The notes beneath the pieces were generated by a model. It was given only the letters and a program-made list of their open reading frames with translations, was not told where the DNA came from and did not search any database. A stretch of DNA of 63,632 nt, counting the filler, from Choristocarpus tenellus KU-1152 (lineage: Eukaryota; Protista; Phaeophyceae): NCBI GenBank assembly GCA_964200185.2. It is 11 parts of 11 records of this genome, joined end to end, with 100 filler letters (N's around TTAATTAATTAA, not from the genome) between each part and the next. Parts side by side here need not be neighbours in the genome. Positions count along the whole stretch, not along the records: positions 16,570 to 36,024 come from CAXNAD020000465.1; positions 36,125 to 44,455 come from CAXNAD020004849.1; positions 44,556 to 49,863 come from CAXNAD020011200.1; 8 more parts are not named here. The stretch is one strand, 5' to 3'. Of this stretch, positions 23,720-44,748 are shown in pieces. Every line of letters starts with the position of its first letter. Position 1 is the first letter of the stretch. A program made the translations under genes and the position numbers.

Positions 23720-26700
23720 TCAGAGCTCGTCCTGCATCTCTTCCAAGTCATCCAGATCCACCACAGGCTCCTCGGTTTCCTCTTCCTCATCCTTTGGGTG
23801 AGGGGATCACATACAAAACATGTTCACACAAGGTCAGCAGTCACGGGGTGGGGAGATGAGAGGGGATATGAGTCTAAATCCACAAGTTACATGCTACGAA
23901 AAGGGACATTCTACTTGTCCAATAAGACCACAGTATTGTAGTTTGGGGTACACTGTATGGGCATACTCCGGTATGGTCCAGCACCCAATTACCAACATAC
24001 TATTGCAGGTTTCTCACTTCCTACTGTGTCTTTTGTTAAAATTTAAGAGAGGCGACTTCTGCAGGTACAACTAAAATTCCATTTCACTTTTGAAGCAAGA
24101 CCATGGTGCATCTATCTCCTTCTCCAATACTCTGTCCCTTAGGGTTACATGCTATTGGCCAGCAAATGCTGGTGATGAACCCAATGGTCAATTGAAAATA
24201 TTGAAATATTTACCACTTGTCAACCATGCATCAGCAGAGCTCAGACCAAAAGAAAATGAGAGAAGGTTACTGCTGCTGAGTTTTAGGGGCTCCTCTGATG
24301 TTCTCGTGACACAGGTTCTTAGAGCACACAGTCCTCAACTGTTCAGTGCATTTTGTTTGCTATTTTATCTATACAACCCAGTTTGCAGAACCAAGTTAAC
24401 CATATTAGTGCCCTATTCAAATTTCCTTCTCTTCTTTAAGCAAAATTTTAAAAGCTCCATGGCTCAAAAACATCCCCCCCTCCCAGTTACTTCAGCTCTC
24501 AGCAAATAATGAAAAATGTTGAGAACTAAGTTCAATTAAAATTTGAGGTATACATGAACACTTCAAGGGCGCCCATCTCACTTAGTAATTATACTGCAGC
24601 AATACTCCCAATGGATGAACTTGAAAATATCTCAAGGTGTATCTGTTGCAATCATCATCATATAAACAGACACAAAACATCATACACACAGACACAAAAC
24701 AACTTACCTCCTCTGGGATATCAGCCTCCTCGAGGATTTCTAACCCATCCAGGTTAAGAGATTTAGCCATGGATCGGTATACTCTTGCGCTGAATGCCTC
24801 CGTGTCATCAACGCTGAAACCTGAAGATGCCATGGCTGTGTCATACAGTAGCCATGCCAGGTCCTTGGTGGTTTCATCTTCTGGGGACTCCTCCACCTTA
24901 TGCACAAGCACAAAAGGGTGGAAAATCAGTTGACTTTAAGCATTGCCCAAACTATTTTGACGTCTATTTTGAACTCAGGTCAGGTATCACAAATATTTTA
25001 TTGGTACACATCTCAAGAAAAATGACCTGTAGTCCTATTCATCCATGATGTAGATTTCTTGAAAAGATATGTCAAAGTATCTCACCTTCTTATTAAGCTC
25101 ATCGACAATGGGGTGGCGAGGATTTATTTCCATGGTCTTCATGGCCATCATCATACCCATCTGCCTGTTGTCCCCAAGGGTCTGAGCCTTCATGATACGC
25201 TCCATGTTGGCACTATAAAAACAAGAAAAACAATAGGCGAAAAAGGGTCAAAAGAGAAATGTAGAGGCCTTGGACACAGGAAAGAGGGCAGAGAAGGCTC
25301 ACAAATTACTTAGTGACAACAAGACTGGCTGCACCTTACCCTATCAAGTGAAGTGTGTGAACCTGTGACAATGACATTTATTATGTGCGTTCTGTATTCT
25401 GCACATCAACACCGTACCACACAGATGAGGGAGGTGGTGTCCCTTTAAATTATATATATATAAATACACTACATGCAGCATTGTTGTCTGACATGGTTAT
25501 GTCAACAGTTTGATTGTGGGGATGACCCAGAATATACCCAAGAGTGAGACAACATTTTTTTTTCCCACAAAGAACATGCAGATACACTCTTCAACTCCCA
25601 GAAAGAAACACGACAAGCAGCAGCACCATGGCATACACAAAACACTCATGAAGAATTGCGAGCACTCAGAAAGGAAAGCATATTGAACTGTCACATACCT
25701 GTAGCCATACTGTGCTGTGACAATAACGCAAGGGCTATTCACCACTCTCTGGCTCACAGAGATCTTCATTTACCAGGAAAGGTCAAAACAATTACACCAT
25801 AAATGATGCAAATGATGCAGTCAAAGTAGCACATAAAAACACCATAGTACACCGCAACGAGTCATACGAGAGGAGAGGGGAGGGGAGGTGGTTCTGGAGC
25901 GATCAGTCAACTTTCATTCCATATTGTTTAAATTAATTGATTACTAACAAGGCATGCCTGCAAATATTAGGTTGGAAGCGATGATAAGGCAATGGATTAA
26001 AGACAAAATGAGCAAAAAAAGTTGAGAATGCATTCAGATGTTAATATGAGAATCAGAACAAGGCACCAAGAACAAGATACGGCAAATCTTACTAGGTGCC
26101 ACCTGGTATGAATCCAAGGCATAAACCTCTGAACACAAGAAGGCACATAAACCTTGATACATGCAATGCCCAATAATAATACTGTAAGCTCCCCCACACT
26201 TCAATTGATTCTTTACCTTGGAAATTTTCCCCTTGTAGAGGTCCTTTAGGTAGCCAGTGAGAGGCTTCATGACCTCCTTGTAGTGCTTATCCAGACGTTT
26301 TGTCTTGTTCTCGTCCTCATCCCCAAACTGAAGGCCCTCCTTCGTCACCGATTGGAGTCTGGACATCCACAAATAAACCAGAGACAGGAAAGAGGGGGGA
26401 TACTGTCTTGAGTACAGGCTTTCGATACTTCCATGTGGACAGAAACAGTCTCATAATAATTTATAGTACTACAATATATACAGAAATGAATAGGGGTTTG
26501 TTGCTGTGACAGCACGCTAGACAGTATACTGAAGAAGCACCACAGCAGTGAAGTGGGTACCACAGCACCTAATTTAATTTTCGTGAACATTCAGCAATAC
26601 CCCTCAACCTCACATCATAGAGCCAACCAAATTACCTACAGTCAGCTATATTCATCACAGCACTCGTGCAGTGAGTGGACTGTCTCTACCTTTCCCACTC

Positions 26701-29700
26701 CCTGTGGAGTCCTATCATACTCACTTGTGGTCTCCAAACTCATTGAAGTTCTGTACAACCATCTCATCAATAGGATCCACAAGGTAGAGCACCTCTAGCC
26801 CCTTGCTCTTCAGCCTCTCCAGAAAAGGTGAATTCTCAACAGTCTTTTCTCATGCAGCCACAAATATGAACAATAAAGAGTACGGAGTTGGCTCAGGAGA
26901 AACTTCAAGGGTTATGATTGTGGTTGTGGTTGAGAATGCATATATATATATATATATATATGTGCCTGCACAGGTGCACTGGGTTTCATCTTTCATTACC
27001 TGTGACACTGCCAAACTATGATGACCTTGCTAAGGGATGGTTGTATGGATACTGTATGATTTTTCCCTTGTGTCATTTCCACAATTTATACAAAGTCACA
27101 GTTTCAGGGTGGGCTAAGTTGTTGTATGCACAAGAAAAACTTATGGTCTCAACAGGCATGTACTGCAGTTAGTACATACCTGAAGCAGTCACCTTGATTT
27201 AGAACGTACATGCTGTTGAGTAATGGTATATTTTGTCAACAGAGCAGTATTACCAAAAATTCACCATACACTGGGTCATGTAAACTCAGTCCTTGAGGCT
27301 ATACCTTCCAACAAATAAATAGCAATGAGAGATCAAATATTCAAATACAGAGCTAAAAAAAAATACTTATTTTTTATCCTTTGCAAACACTCTGAACACT
27401 AAAACAAACAAACACATGGACATGCGCACACCTCGATGGATTCCCCCGTGATGTAGTAAATACCCTTTTGCCACTCAGGCATGCGCGATACGTATCCCTG
27501 CAGTGATGTCCACCTAACCAAAAATCAGATGCGATGGTTCAGTTTGTATTTACCGGTAGTCATTCGAATGGACATCACTGTGCAATGCTACTGAGAATGA
27601 AAAATCATGTTAACATAATGTGGCAGTGCTGTAATTATTCCTGTTGTATTCATAAGATATGGGAATTCTAAGTCTGACCAATTAAACTCACTTGTCCCCA
27701 GTCTTGTTGGTCTTAAACCGAAGCAGTTTGGTAAGCTTGCTCCTGTTAGCATTGTCCTCAATGGCACCCATCTTCACACTCTTGCCAAACTCCTCCCAGA
27801 AAGTGATGTACCTGTGAGTCTGCATAGATATTCGCATATGATCCTCCGAATTAGATAGATAGTGCTCTACAGTTTCAATTCCATCACTATACCGCAACAG
27901 CAAATTTCAGAGGCACCTAGTCAGGGCTGGGCTTCAATAGAAGTAAGCTGTGCATGGAAGCTGATGTACTTGAGAGAACAACCACAGCTGAGAGAAAAAA
28001 CCAAGTCTCATCCAAGATTATAGTGGTACCCAAGAATGTGCAGGGCAGAGAGAGTTAAGCTGGGAAGATCAAGATACACCTTGCTCTGGTGAGCTACATT
28101 TAGCACCTACTGAATATTTAGTAAAAAAAAAAAACACATCACCAAGAGAGTACTTTGCCCTTTATATTTGATCTAGAATATCAAGTTCTAATATAAAGAT
28201 TATCAAACCAAAAAATTAGCACTGTACTTCACATGATTCTCAGCTCCGCATACAGGTGTACACCGCTGTTCATAGAAGATTAGTTGGTTAAATGGAGTAA
28301 TTTCCTACGAAATGAGTCCAAGGAACAAGTCATCATAAAATCATCCACATATTTACAAAAAAAAATCTAAGAGGAACTTTCTCTTGCACTTGCCTTGATC
28401 ACACCCTCATCTTCATCCTCCACATCCTCCTCATCTTCCTCCTTTGCTGCCATAGCAGCTTCGGCCTCCTCAGATTCTTCCTCCGACATTTTTCGCAGCA
28501 ACTCCAATACCTTGCGCACTAGCTTTTTTGCCATCACCTTTAGGACCTGCAGTTTTCGTTGTTAACAAGGTAAGGAGGGATGGGGTTTTAAGTCACAGGT
28601 AGAATCAATCACTTTTAAATCCAGTCCAATTCAAGACATTTGTCACCGGCGCATCAGCCACTCCAACTTACTATTCAACCGTAACTCAGCAACTATACTT
28701 TTGAACATATTGATACTGACACTGAGGCCACAGTTAAATATTTTGTACTATTTCCCACTCACATCCCCCCACAAGCAAGCAAAACCATCAATAATTATGC
28801 ACTGTACCCGACCATTGATAGCTTCTTACCTTGTGCTGTTGCAGTGTCTCTCGGCTGACATTGAGGGGAAGATCATCAGAGTCCACAACCCCCTTCACAA
28901 ATCCAAGGTACCTAGGAAGGAGGTCCTGGAACTCATCAGTGATTAGCACCTTGCGAACATACAGCTTCAGCCCTGTCTTCTCCGTATCTGAAGGTAATGC
29001 AAAATTGTTCTGTCTTGTTAATTAAATGCGTTAAAGGTGTTACTAGCAATAAAATAGAGGGGTCTAAATGGACTCAAGACCATGAACATGATCACAAAAG
29101 AGATGAAACAAAGATCATGCGACAATAACTGGAGCTCCTTAGTGTCAAGATTATGTTCTTGCTCTCAATACTACAAAGTGTAGAACAAACAGTACAACAT
29201 TTGAGGTGTACCTCTTGATCTATTCACAGAACTACTATCACCAGTAGTACACTGATGCTTTTATGGAGATAACCATACTTCCACTAAAAATAAAGGTCAG
29301 AAACTCAACTATGAATTAAAATTTTGACAATGTGGAATATAAAAGTACACACCACAAGAACATAACAGAACAAAAAGCACTTACCGTAGAACCGATCATA
29401 CAGGTCATACGGAGCATGAGCAGGCACAAAGAGAATAGACTTGAACTCCACTTCTCCCTCCGCATGAAAGTGGATCCAAGCAGCAGCCTCCCCAACATCT
29501 TCTGAGATGCTCTATAATGACAGCAAAATCCCATTAAGGCAGGAAAATAAGACAGAGCAGCATTGCACAAAGTATCACAAACGATATAAGGTTGGGGGTA
29601 GGTTAGTATGGTGCATATTTCCAGGCACCATGCTCCATTTCCGATGTTCTGCCCACCAATAAATTTACATTAACAAGGACTACAAAAACGCAACACTGCC

Positions 29701-32700
29701 TCAAATTCCACGAATATGCTGTAGGTACTATGTACAATCAGTAAGAATTGCTCAAAGATAAAAACACTACAGTATTTATAATAATTATTATTATTGTGTT
29801 GTGAGAGCGGCATAATTAGTGTTGTACCCTTCTGAAAGTTTCAAATTTATGAGAAAGAGGAACAAGGGGGAAATGGAGGGAATAAGATGTCTCAAAGCAC
29901 ATAGATTTATGGCTATTATTGCTTTCTTCTCAATAGTGTGGAGGGTCTCAGACCCGTCAAAGGTAGGATAAAGAAAAAAAAACGAAAAAAAAGGGGAAAA
30001 AATGCAAAATATGACTGAAATGTGTGTGTTACAGTTGCTATACCTTGTAGAAGCTCTGGTACTCCTCATCAGTGACCTCCTCTTTGTCCCTCGCCCACAC
30101 AGCAACATTAGCATTCACCCTTTCCCAGTCCTGCACCTTGATGGTCTTATACTTTATATCAACTTCTACCTCCTCCTTCAAGGGAAAAAGAGAGGCTATG
30201 TGAGCACTTATGAGTAAGGTTAGGGATCTGGGAACATGGGGCCAGATAGGGTGGAAAATAGAGGATGTGGAACAGGACATACGCTACAACTATGAAAAAA
30301 ATCCAATCTCTCAGATTTAAAAAGTGTTCAAAGCATACAGCAGGTTCCTAGTGTCACGTAATGTTAACCAATCAAGCAAGGGCTAGAGTTGAGAGAACAT
30401 CTTTTCGATTTTTTTTTGCTGTGTAGACCCCAAAACAAAACCAAAATATAGTGGGGGAGGGGAGGCAATTGTGAATAAATAATCTATGAGAGGTTCACCT
30501 TATCATGCAAAACCAAACTCAAACTCTCCACCACTGAGCACATACGCTTCATTTACAACTTTTGAATAGTTGTCATACGAAGCAAAGTCATTGCACCACA
30601 CACCTCATCATCCTCATCCCCTTCATCACCCTCACTCCAGTCCTCCTCTTCTTCTTCCTCAGCATCTTCATCTTCAACCTCTTCCTCCCTTTCAACCCTC
30701 TGGTAGATGGGGAAGGTGATAAACTCAGAGTAGCGGTGGATTAGCCCCTTGAGTCGATCCTCTGAAAGGAACTCCCCTGCATCCTCCTTGAGGTGAAGTA
30801 CGATCTCCGTTCCACGACCTTTATAAAAAGCAGTACCAAAATTGGACAAAACAATATAGATCAGGCAACCTCAAAGGATGATTACTCTTCTAAATGAAGT
30901 GGAACATACACAACACAATGGTAGCCACAATTAGTGCAGGGGTTGCACTATGTAAGGTTACTATAATGAGAGCCAAGGTTTTGATGCACAGGCACCTAAT
31001 AGCTTCCTTACTCCATATTCACTAACCCTTAAGGAGGGTCGAAGGTGTGTAACCCTCTCCCATCTACTTCTCTTAAACCTTTTTGAGTCATTCAGTGTCT
31101 CATCTCTCACCAAGAGTGTTACCACGGGGGTCCTTGGAGACAAGGAAGGTGCTGTCGGCTGTGGACTCCCACACATACTGGTCATCATCATTGTGCTTTG
31201 AGATCACCTATTGTACTCACACATTTTTTCACAGACAAGTAAGCATGAAAAGATGTAACATTAGTGTGTGAACATCTACAATATAATAATGTATCTCTGT
31301 GCAACAATATTATAGTGGGTTTTGTACTGCTTCTCAGACATACGAGGATAAGCTCTCCTTCAATATTCAACCACAAGCAAACAAAGTCCACACCTAACCT
31401 GAGTGTGAAGTCCCAAGAAAACCCCTGTCTTACAACAAGCAACATTCTAGTACTGTTGTAGTATACCTGTACTTTGTCAGCCACAAGGTAAACCGAGTAG
31501 AATCCCACACCAAACTGACCAATCAGAGAAAGGTCTCCTGTCTCAGTCAGTGCCTCCACAAAATTTGTTGTTCCTGACCGTGCCACAGTACCCAGGTTTG
31601 AGATGAGATCCGCCTTAGTCATACCTACACCCCCATCCCTGATCGTCAGAGTCCTTGCTTCCTGAGAACAGCAAAGAGGGCATTTTAGAGGGAGGAGAGG
31701 GTGCAGATTGGGTGGGTTACTACTTTACTTGTACAACCTCTCTTTCCCAAGTCTAGTCCATCAAAATGCCCTCACATGTGGAAACCTAGATGCTTCACAA
31801 TGGTAGGAGAATCAAGTGAGGGGGAAAAATAAAAAGGTTCAATGATGAAAGATTGACCAAGAATCTACACGTGGTGACACAAGAAACAAGACACATGACT
31901 TTGTAAGTGTCCATTCACTTTCTCCTGCTATTATCATTCAAAGGTGTTGTTTATCTACATCACAAAACTAAATGGTGAAACTGTTTGCTCACACACCTTA
32001 TCCACGGAGATATGAATGCCCAACTCCTTGTTGGAAGCAAGAGCCTCAGAGTTAGCAACAGAGATGAAACGAATCTTGTCCAATGCATCCGAGGCGTTTG
32101 AGATGAGCTCTCGCAGGAAGATATCCTTGTTCTTGTAGAGTGAGTTTATGATGATGTCCATCAAGCGGTTTACCTATTTTTAATACAGGTTTGCCACAAC
32201 AATTATCGCATGTGAGACAAGCAAGAGTAAAAATGAACGTGGGTGAAGTAAGAAATGAAGTAGTATCAGCTGGCAAAATAGATAATTGTGTAAGAAAAAA
32301 AAGTAATTTGTGGGGAATAGGTGTAGGGTGAGGTAGGAATCCACCGTGTCTTGCAATGGGAAAGACAACGTCGAAACACACACTACAAAAAATAAGAAAT
32401 TCATTCTTAAATCAAAATCTCTTTCTCACAGACTCCAAGACTTGCACCCATGTGCTCCAGGAAAAAACTCAATACAATTACATTTTTGGGTCGACAAAAC
32501 AAGCACAAAACAAACAACTTACTCGGTGTTCGCAGCCTTCAAGAAGGTCAGAACATGTCATTTGTTTAAGTTTTTCCTTGCATCTGACGGTTTCATTCTG
32601 TCCCTCATTATTGTCTCTCCTTGATTCCTTTAAGGGCCCTGAATTGATACCCTCTTTTCATGTATTGACAAGCAGGCAGGTTTCAATAGAAAGTGTCCGG

Positions 32701-33940
32701 ATGAGAGTAGATCCAGCCCAAACCAAGCAAGTGCGTTCTCTGTAACCTCACCTCTGCCTGAAATTCAAAGGCTTCTGCACCCTCCTTAAGTTTTTCCTCG
32801 AAGCTTGCCTCCATTGTGGAGGTCACTACCTCCTCAGCCTTCGCCAACGCTGCGGTCTGTGATATCCCTGATTAGGGTTACAAGCAGCAAAGGGTGCAAT
32901 ATGAAAGAAACGCAAGTAGGAAGAAGGGAGCCTTTAATATCGAGAAGAACGAGAGTTCTGGGAAAGGGGGTTGGGTTGTGAAGGAACTAAGGGGACGGCC
33001 AAGAATATTCGTAGGATGGGCTGATAGTGTATCAGCATGTCTAAAGGGTGCACAATGATTGCAATGTCGCTTGTGACAAGACTTGGGGTGCGACGAATTT
33101 ACCTCTCTTGGCAGTGTAGTACATGTAATCCTCTTAAACAACAGCCTTCGCATAATATAGGTAGGGTGTTTACTATTTGAAGCAATCACAGACCAAATAG
33201 TGGTCTTATCTCTTTGAAGTGATCAACCAAAGCATGTCAGAAAGCGGTATATCATGAGGATAACTGCCGCTCGTCTGGCACATTTGCGAGCGTTCCAAGT
33301 CCAACCAACGATTGGAGGTCGCCTTTGACATTCACGTTCGTTACGAAGAAATACATTCCCTCGACGATCCCTCGCTCCAAAATACTGTGCATCGAGTGAG
33401 GTCTTGGGGTAGACCATTCAACACCACTGTAAAGCCGAAAATAACTGCTGCCATCCAACAACGCCTTTGGTGGTGTGGATACCACAGGGAGGTTTCAGCG
33501 AAAGCAAAGATTTTCACGGGAGTTCTTTTTCCACATCGAGAATCTGGCTAAGAAGCAGAGCTCAGAGAAAAAAATTCAAACCAAGGATGGGGTGCCCATA
33601 CCGCGCACCACTCTTAGACAAAGGAATTTACAACGCATCCTCCAAACAAGGAAAGCAAGAATCTGCTAGTCAGGGTGCTAAATTTAATACACTTAGACAA
33701 GAGAAGGTGGTAGAGTACGAGCACTAAGCATCATATTATTTATACACTCTATTGATTCGGCGCGTGCACTGTGGTCGCACAACAACTGACAAGAGTAGTT
33801 TCAGACTAGTCTAAGGTGGTAGGGTGAGGTATCAAAGGACAGGATCTTTTCAGCTACTCCGCCTACCACAAAGTCTCACATGGCGATGCAAATTGCAGAG
33901 CAGCCGCAAGGCAGAGGGCAAGCACATGTCCACGCTTCAT
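23720..33940 (-). CDS. HSP90B1: Endoplasmin / GRP94 (ER Hsp90), complete, 18 exons, about 784 aa
   Basis: Exons 33880-33940, 32752-32867, 31997-32173, 31467-31661, 31111-31207, 30604-30818, 30044-30175, 29385-29511, 28830-28987, 28394-28546, 27692-27819, 27432-27513, 26725-26843, 26217-26358, 25699-25763, 25086-25212, 24708-24896, 23720-23791 sum to 2355 nt in frame. Signal peptide [17 protein letters not shown]; motifs [62 protein letters not shown]; C-terminal QDEL. Confidence 0.97.
28233..28344 (-). ncRNA. Candidate intronic box C/D snoRNA
   Basis: Box C ATGATGA (28336-28330), box D CTGA (28243-28240), 7-bp terminal stem ATGATTT/GAATCAT; host-sense strand; no convincing guide target identified. 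Confidence 0.3.
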
Positions 33941-34056
33941 AATCGCCGAGGGAGCTTGTGAAAAAGCACCTTGGCAAAAGGTTGATGGAAGGGAATGAGC
34001 TAGAAGATACCTGTTGGGTTCAGGAGATTTTGAGGCGATACACGGTCGTTCATGGG

Positions 34057-34091
34057 ATTGGTCCATGTATGTGTGGACATATTTTAATTGG
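34057..34091 (-). promoter_or_regulatory. Two CCAAT boxes, one ERSE-like (CCAAT-N10-CCACA), upstream of GRP94
   Basis: About 120-150 bp before the ATG; deviates from the CCAAT-N9-CCACG consensus. Confidence 0.3.
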
Positions 34092-34449
34092 TTGAAATAA
34101 TGTGAAGGCGTGTTTTCAATTTTCAGTCAAATTCCAGAAACAGAAATGGAAAAAGAAAAAAAGGAAATGGTAGAAACGAAAATATGTTTCGTATTTCATT
34201 CTAGGATAATAACGTAACACTTTTATATTATATTATTGCAATTTGTACTATTATTTCCCTAAATGTTACGGACATGTACAAATCGTGTATTATACATGGT
34301 TTGGTTTGGAGTTTCACAGGCGAAACGTAGTCTCCATGTTTTAGACTGGAGTGTTCCGTACATAACATAGTGTTCGTATGTTTTCGTCTTCAGTTTTGTG
34401 GGAATGTAAGTGTTGCCATTTTATCGTAACATCCGTTATCACTGGTGCG

Positions 34450-34791
34450 ATGGAGAAGGTCAATGTGCTGCTTGTTGGGGAAGCAACAAGTAGTCCCTGT
34501 CTGTGTACTCTCCTCAACATCTATGGAAACAAGGAAGGGTACATGTTGTGCTGCCGTCCTCAGTCACACCTGAGAAGAATGAAGTAGGAAATATTGCACT
34601 ACTACTTATTATCAACAGGCTTGATGTTAGTGTTTCTCAGTGTTTCATTCCGTCATGGTTTGTTTCTATTCTTTGTTGAACTGTGGTGATGATGGATGTG
34701 TGATGGAGATTGCGGATGTTGCTTATCTTTGTTATCCTTTCCTTTTTCCTCATGTTCATGTTGTGGGTTTCAGAAAGATCCCCTCAACCAG
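34450..34791 (+). CDS. Possible first exons of a gene divergent from GRP94
   Basis: MEKVNVLLVGEATSSPCLCTLLNIYGNKEG then an 18-nt segment 34774-34791 with TTTCAG acceptor and GTAAGT donor; downstream exons not found. Confidence 0.2.
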
Positions 34792-35842
34792 GTAAGTACA
34801 CTCACCATTATATTCTGTTACTTCATTGATTATTAACACAGTGTTATATTATGGCGTAACATAATCTTATCCACCAGTACATTTTATATTTTGATATAAT
34901 AGTGGTTCTGACCGCCAGTTCCGATAAAGTGATCGTCACTGGTAGAAGCCCCCCTGGTAGCAGTGTGTTCTCAGTATTGGTAGTACCTGAGGTTGTCAGG
35001 ATAGCGATCACTTCCTTTTTACCTTCAAAGATGGATTTGTGAAGTCAACAGTGCTGGCAAAGAACACACCCCATTCATCCATCAAAATAGGACAACTACT
35101 GTAGTATGTGATAGGAGGAAGCTCCAGTAAATGGCGTAACCCCTGATGCATAATTGGTTCTACTGTTTTTATAAGTATGGTATACAACACGGCTGATGCT
35201 GTTAGTTAGGGATTCCTTCATCAACAAAATAATATAAACACCTTTTAACCTACCATGAATCGACTCGGGGGAAGCATATGTATATAAAGTAAACTTGGAA
35301 GAAATTTTCTTCTCCAGCAACAAACAAAATTTCCGGTTCTACCATAACTCTTTTCTCTGCTTAATTTGTCCAAACATCTGCCAACTTCTCAGTAGGTTTG
35401 ACTCAATATTAGGTTACATCGCAAAATGATGTTATGCCATCACAGCACTTTGGGCAGTGTGGGCCTGTGATGCTATGTTACAGCACAACATAATGGGATC
35501 CTAATCTAACACATTGGAGAGTGTTAAGCTGTGATAACATTTTGTGCTATGGCATAACATATGTTATATATTGTAGTGGGAGTATATTTTTTGTATAGTA
35601 TGCGCTGGACAGGAATATTGCGAGAACAACGCAATATTATGTGGGTTTCGAATAGGAGTGTCACGGGCATAACACACTGTTACGTATGTTTTATACTGTA
35701 GTGTTTCGGGCTATGTCGGTTTTCGTCTCCAAAGTTAAGAGCATAACATGGTGTTGAGTTTTATGTTGTCCAAACTGTGAAACCTTTACCATCCTACAAA
35801 AACGATTGTAGGTTGACCAACTAATGGCTACGTATTCTGATT

Positions 35843-36024
35843 GGCTCAAAGTATCTGGGGGTGTGTGGCGTCTGTCCATTCGGGGCCCAATTTTCCATGT
35901 CGCGATTTTTGGGTGATTTGGTTTCATGCATCGGATGGATGATGTAAGTGCATTTTTCCTGGTCAGGGTCCGAATGGACACCCTGGTTTAGACCCCCCCG
36001 CCTCACCCCCCCCCCCCCCCCCCC
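35843..36024 (+). mobile_element. MITE family A, cut in its C-run by contig end
   Basis: GGCTCAAAGTATCTGGGG...GGACACCCTGG..GAC-Cn. Confidence 0.88.
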
Positions 36025-36124
36025 NNNNNNNNNNNNNNNNNNNNNNNNNNNNNNNNNNNNNNNNNNNNTTAATTAATTAANNNNNNNNNNNNNNNNNNNN
36101 NNNNNNNNNNNNNNNNNNNNNNNN
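36025..36124. other. Artificial contig linker
   Basis: N44-TTAATTAATTAA-N44. Confidence 0.98.
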
Positions 36125-36425
36125 AAAACCCAAAAAAAAAGGGCTGACTTTCCCCCCGAAACAGGGGGAGGGGGGGGGGGGGGGTATGATCACACACAAG
36201 CAAATGAAGAACCCATAATACTCATGCAGCAAACATTCAAGAAACAGAAGATGAGCAGCAGAACAGGCTGGGAAGGCAAGGAAACATTGACAAAACCTTT
36301 CCAGAGTAGTGTCAGACCTCCTATGCATAGGGTTATAGGGTTAGGACATATTTCAAGAAAAATAAGAAAAAAAGAGATTGAAGAATCACAACTTGCTTAT
36401 TTTTTGAACAAAACAAAAAGGTCAC

Positions 36426-44326
<7,901 letters not shown>

Positions 44327-44436
44327 TCAGTTACAAACCAGTTACAAATCAGTTTAGCACACACACACGGCATGACCACATGAAACAGGGATCATGTCCT
44401 TGGTCAAGCATTGCAGTGACTTGCACAGGATGAAAA

Positions 44437-44455
44437 GGGTCAAAGTATCTGGGGG
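44437..44455 (+). mobile_element. MITE family A terminus at contig end
   Basis: GGGTCAAAGTATCTGGGGG. Confidence 0.8.
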
Positions 44456-44555
44456 NNNNNNNNNNNNNNNNNNNNNNNNNNNNNNNNNNNNNNNNNNNNT
44501 TAATTAATTAANNNNNNNNNNNNNNNNNNNNNNNNNNNNNNNNNNNNNNNNNNNN
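44456..44555. other. Artificial contig linker
   Basis: N44-TTAATTAATTAA-N44. Confidence 0.98.
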
Positions 44556-44567
44556 AAATAGTCAGCA

Positions 44568-44748
44568 GGCTCCAAGTATCTGGGGGGGGGTGGCGGCTGT
44601 CCATTCAAGGTCCATTTTTCCATGTCGCATTTTTTGGGTGATTTAGATGCATGTGTCAGATGGATAATGTAAGTGCACTTTTCCTGGTCAGGGTTCAAAT
44701 GGAAACCATGGTATAGACCCCGCCCCCTCCTCTCAGATACTTGGAGCC
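44568..44748 (+). mobile_element. MITE family A, full copy with variant TIR
   Basis: AGCA|GGCTCCAAGTATCT...AGATACTTGGAGCC|AGGA; perfect 14-bp TIR, TSD 3/4. Confidence 0.92.

Noticed and set aside
27524-27580. Second C/D-like motif pair in GRP94 intron 11
   Set aside because: Imperfect box C, no terminal stem, CTGA overlaps the likely branch region
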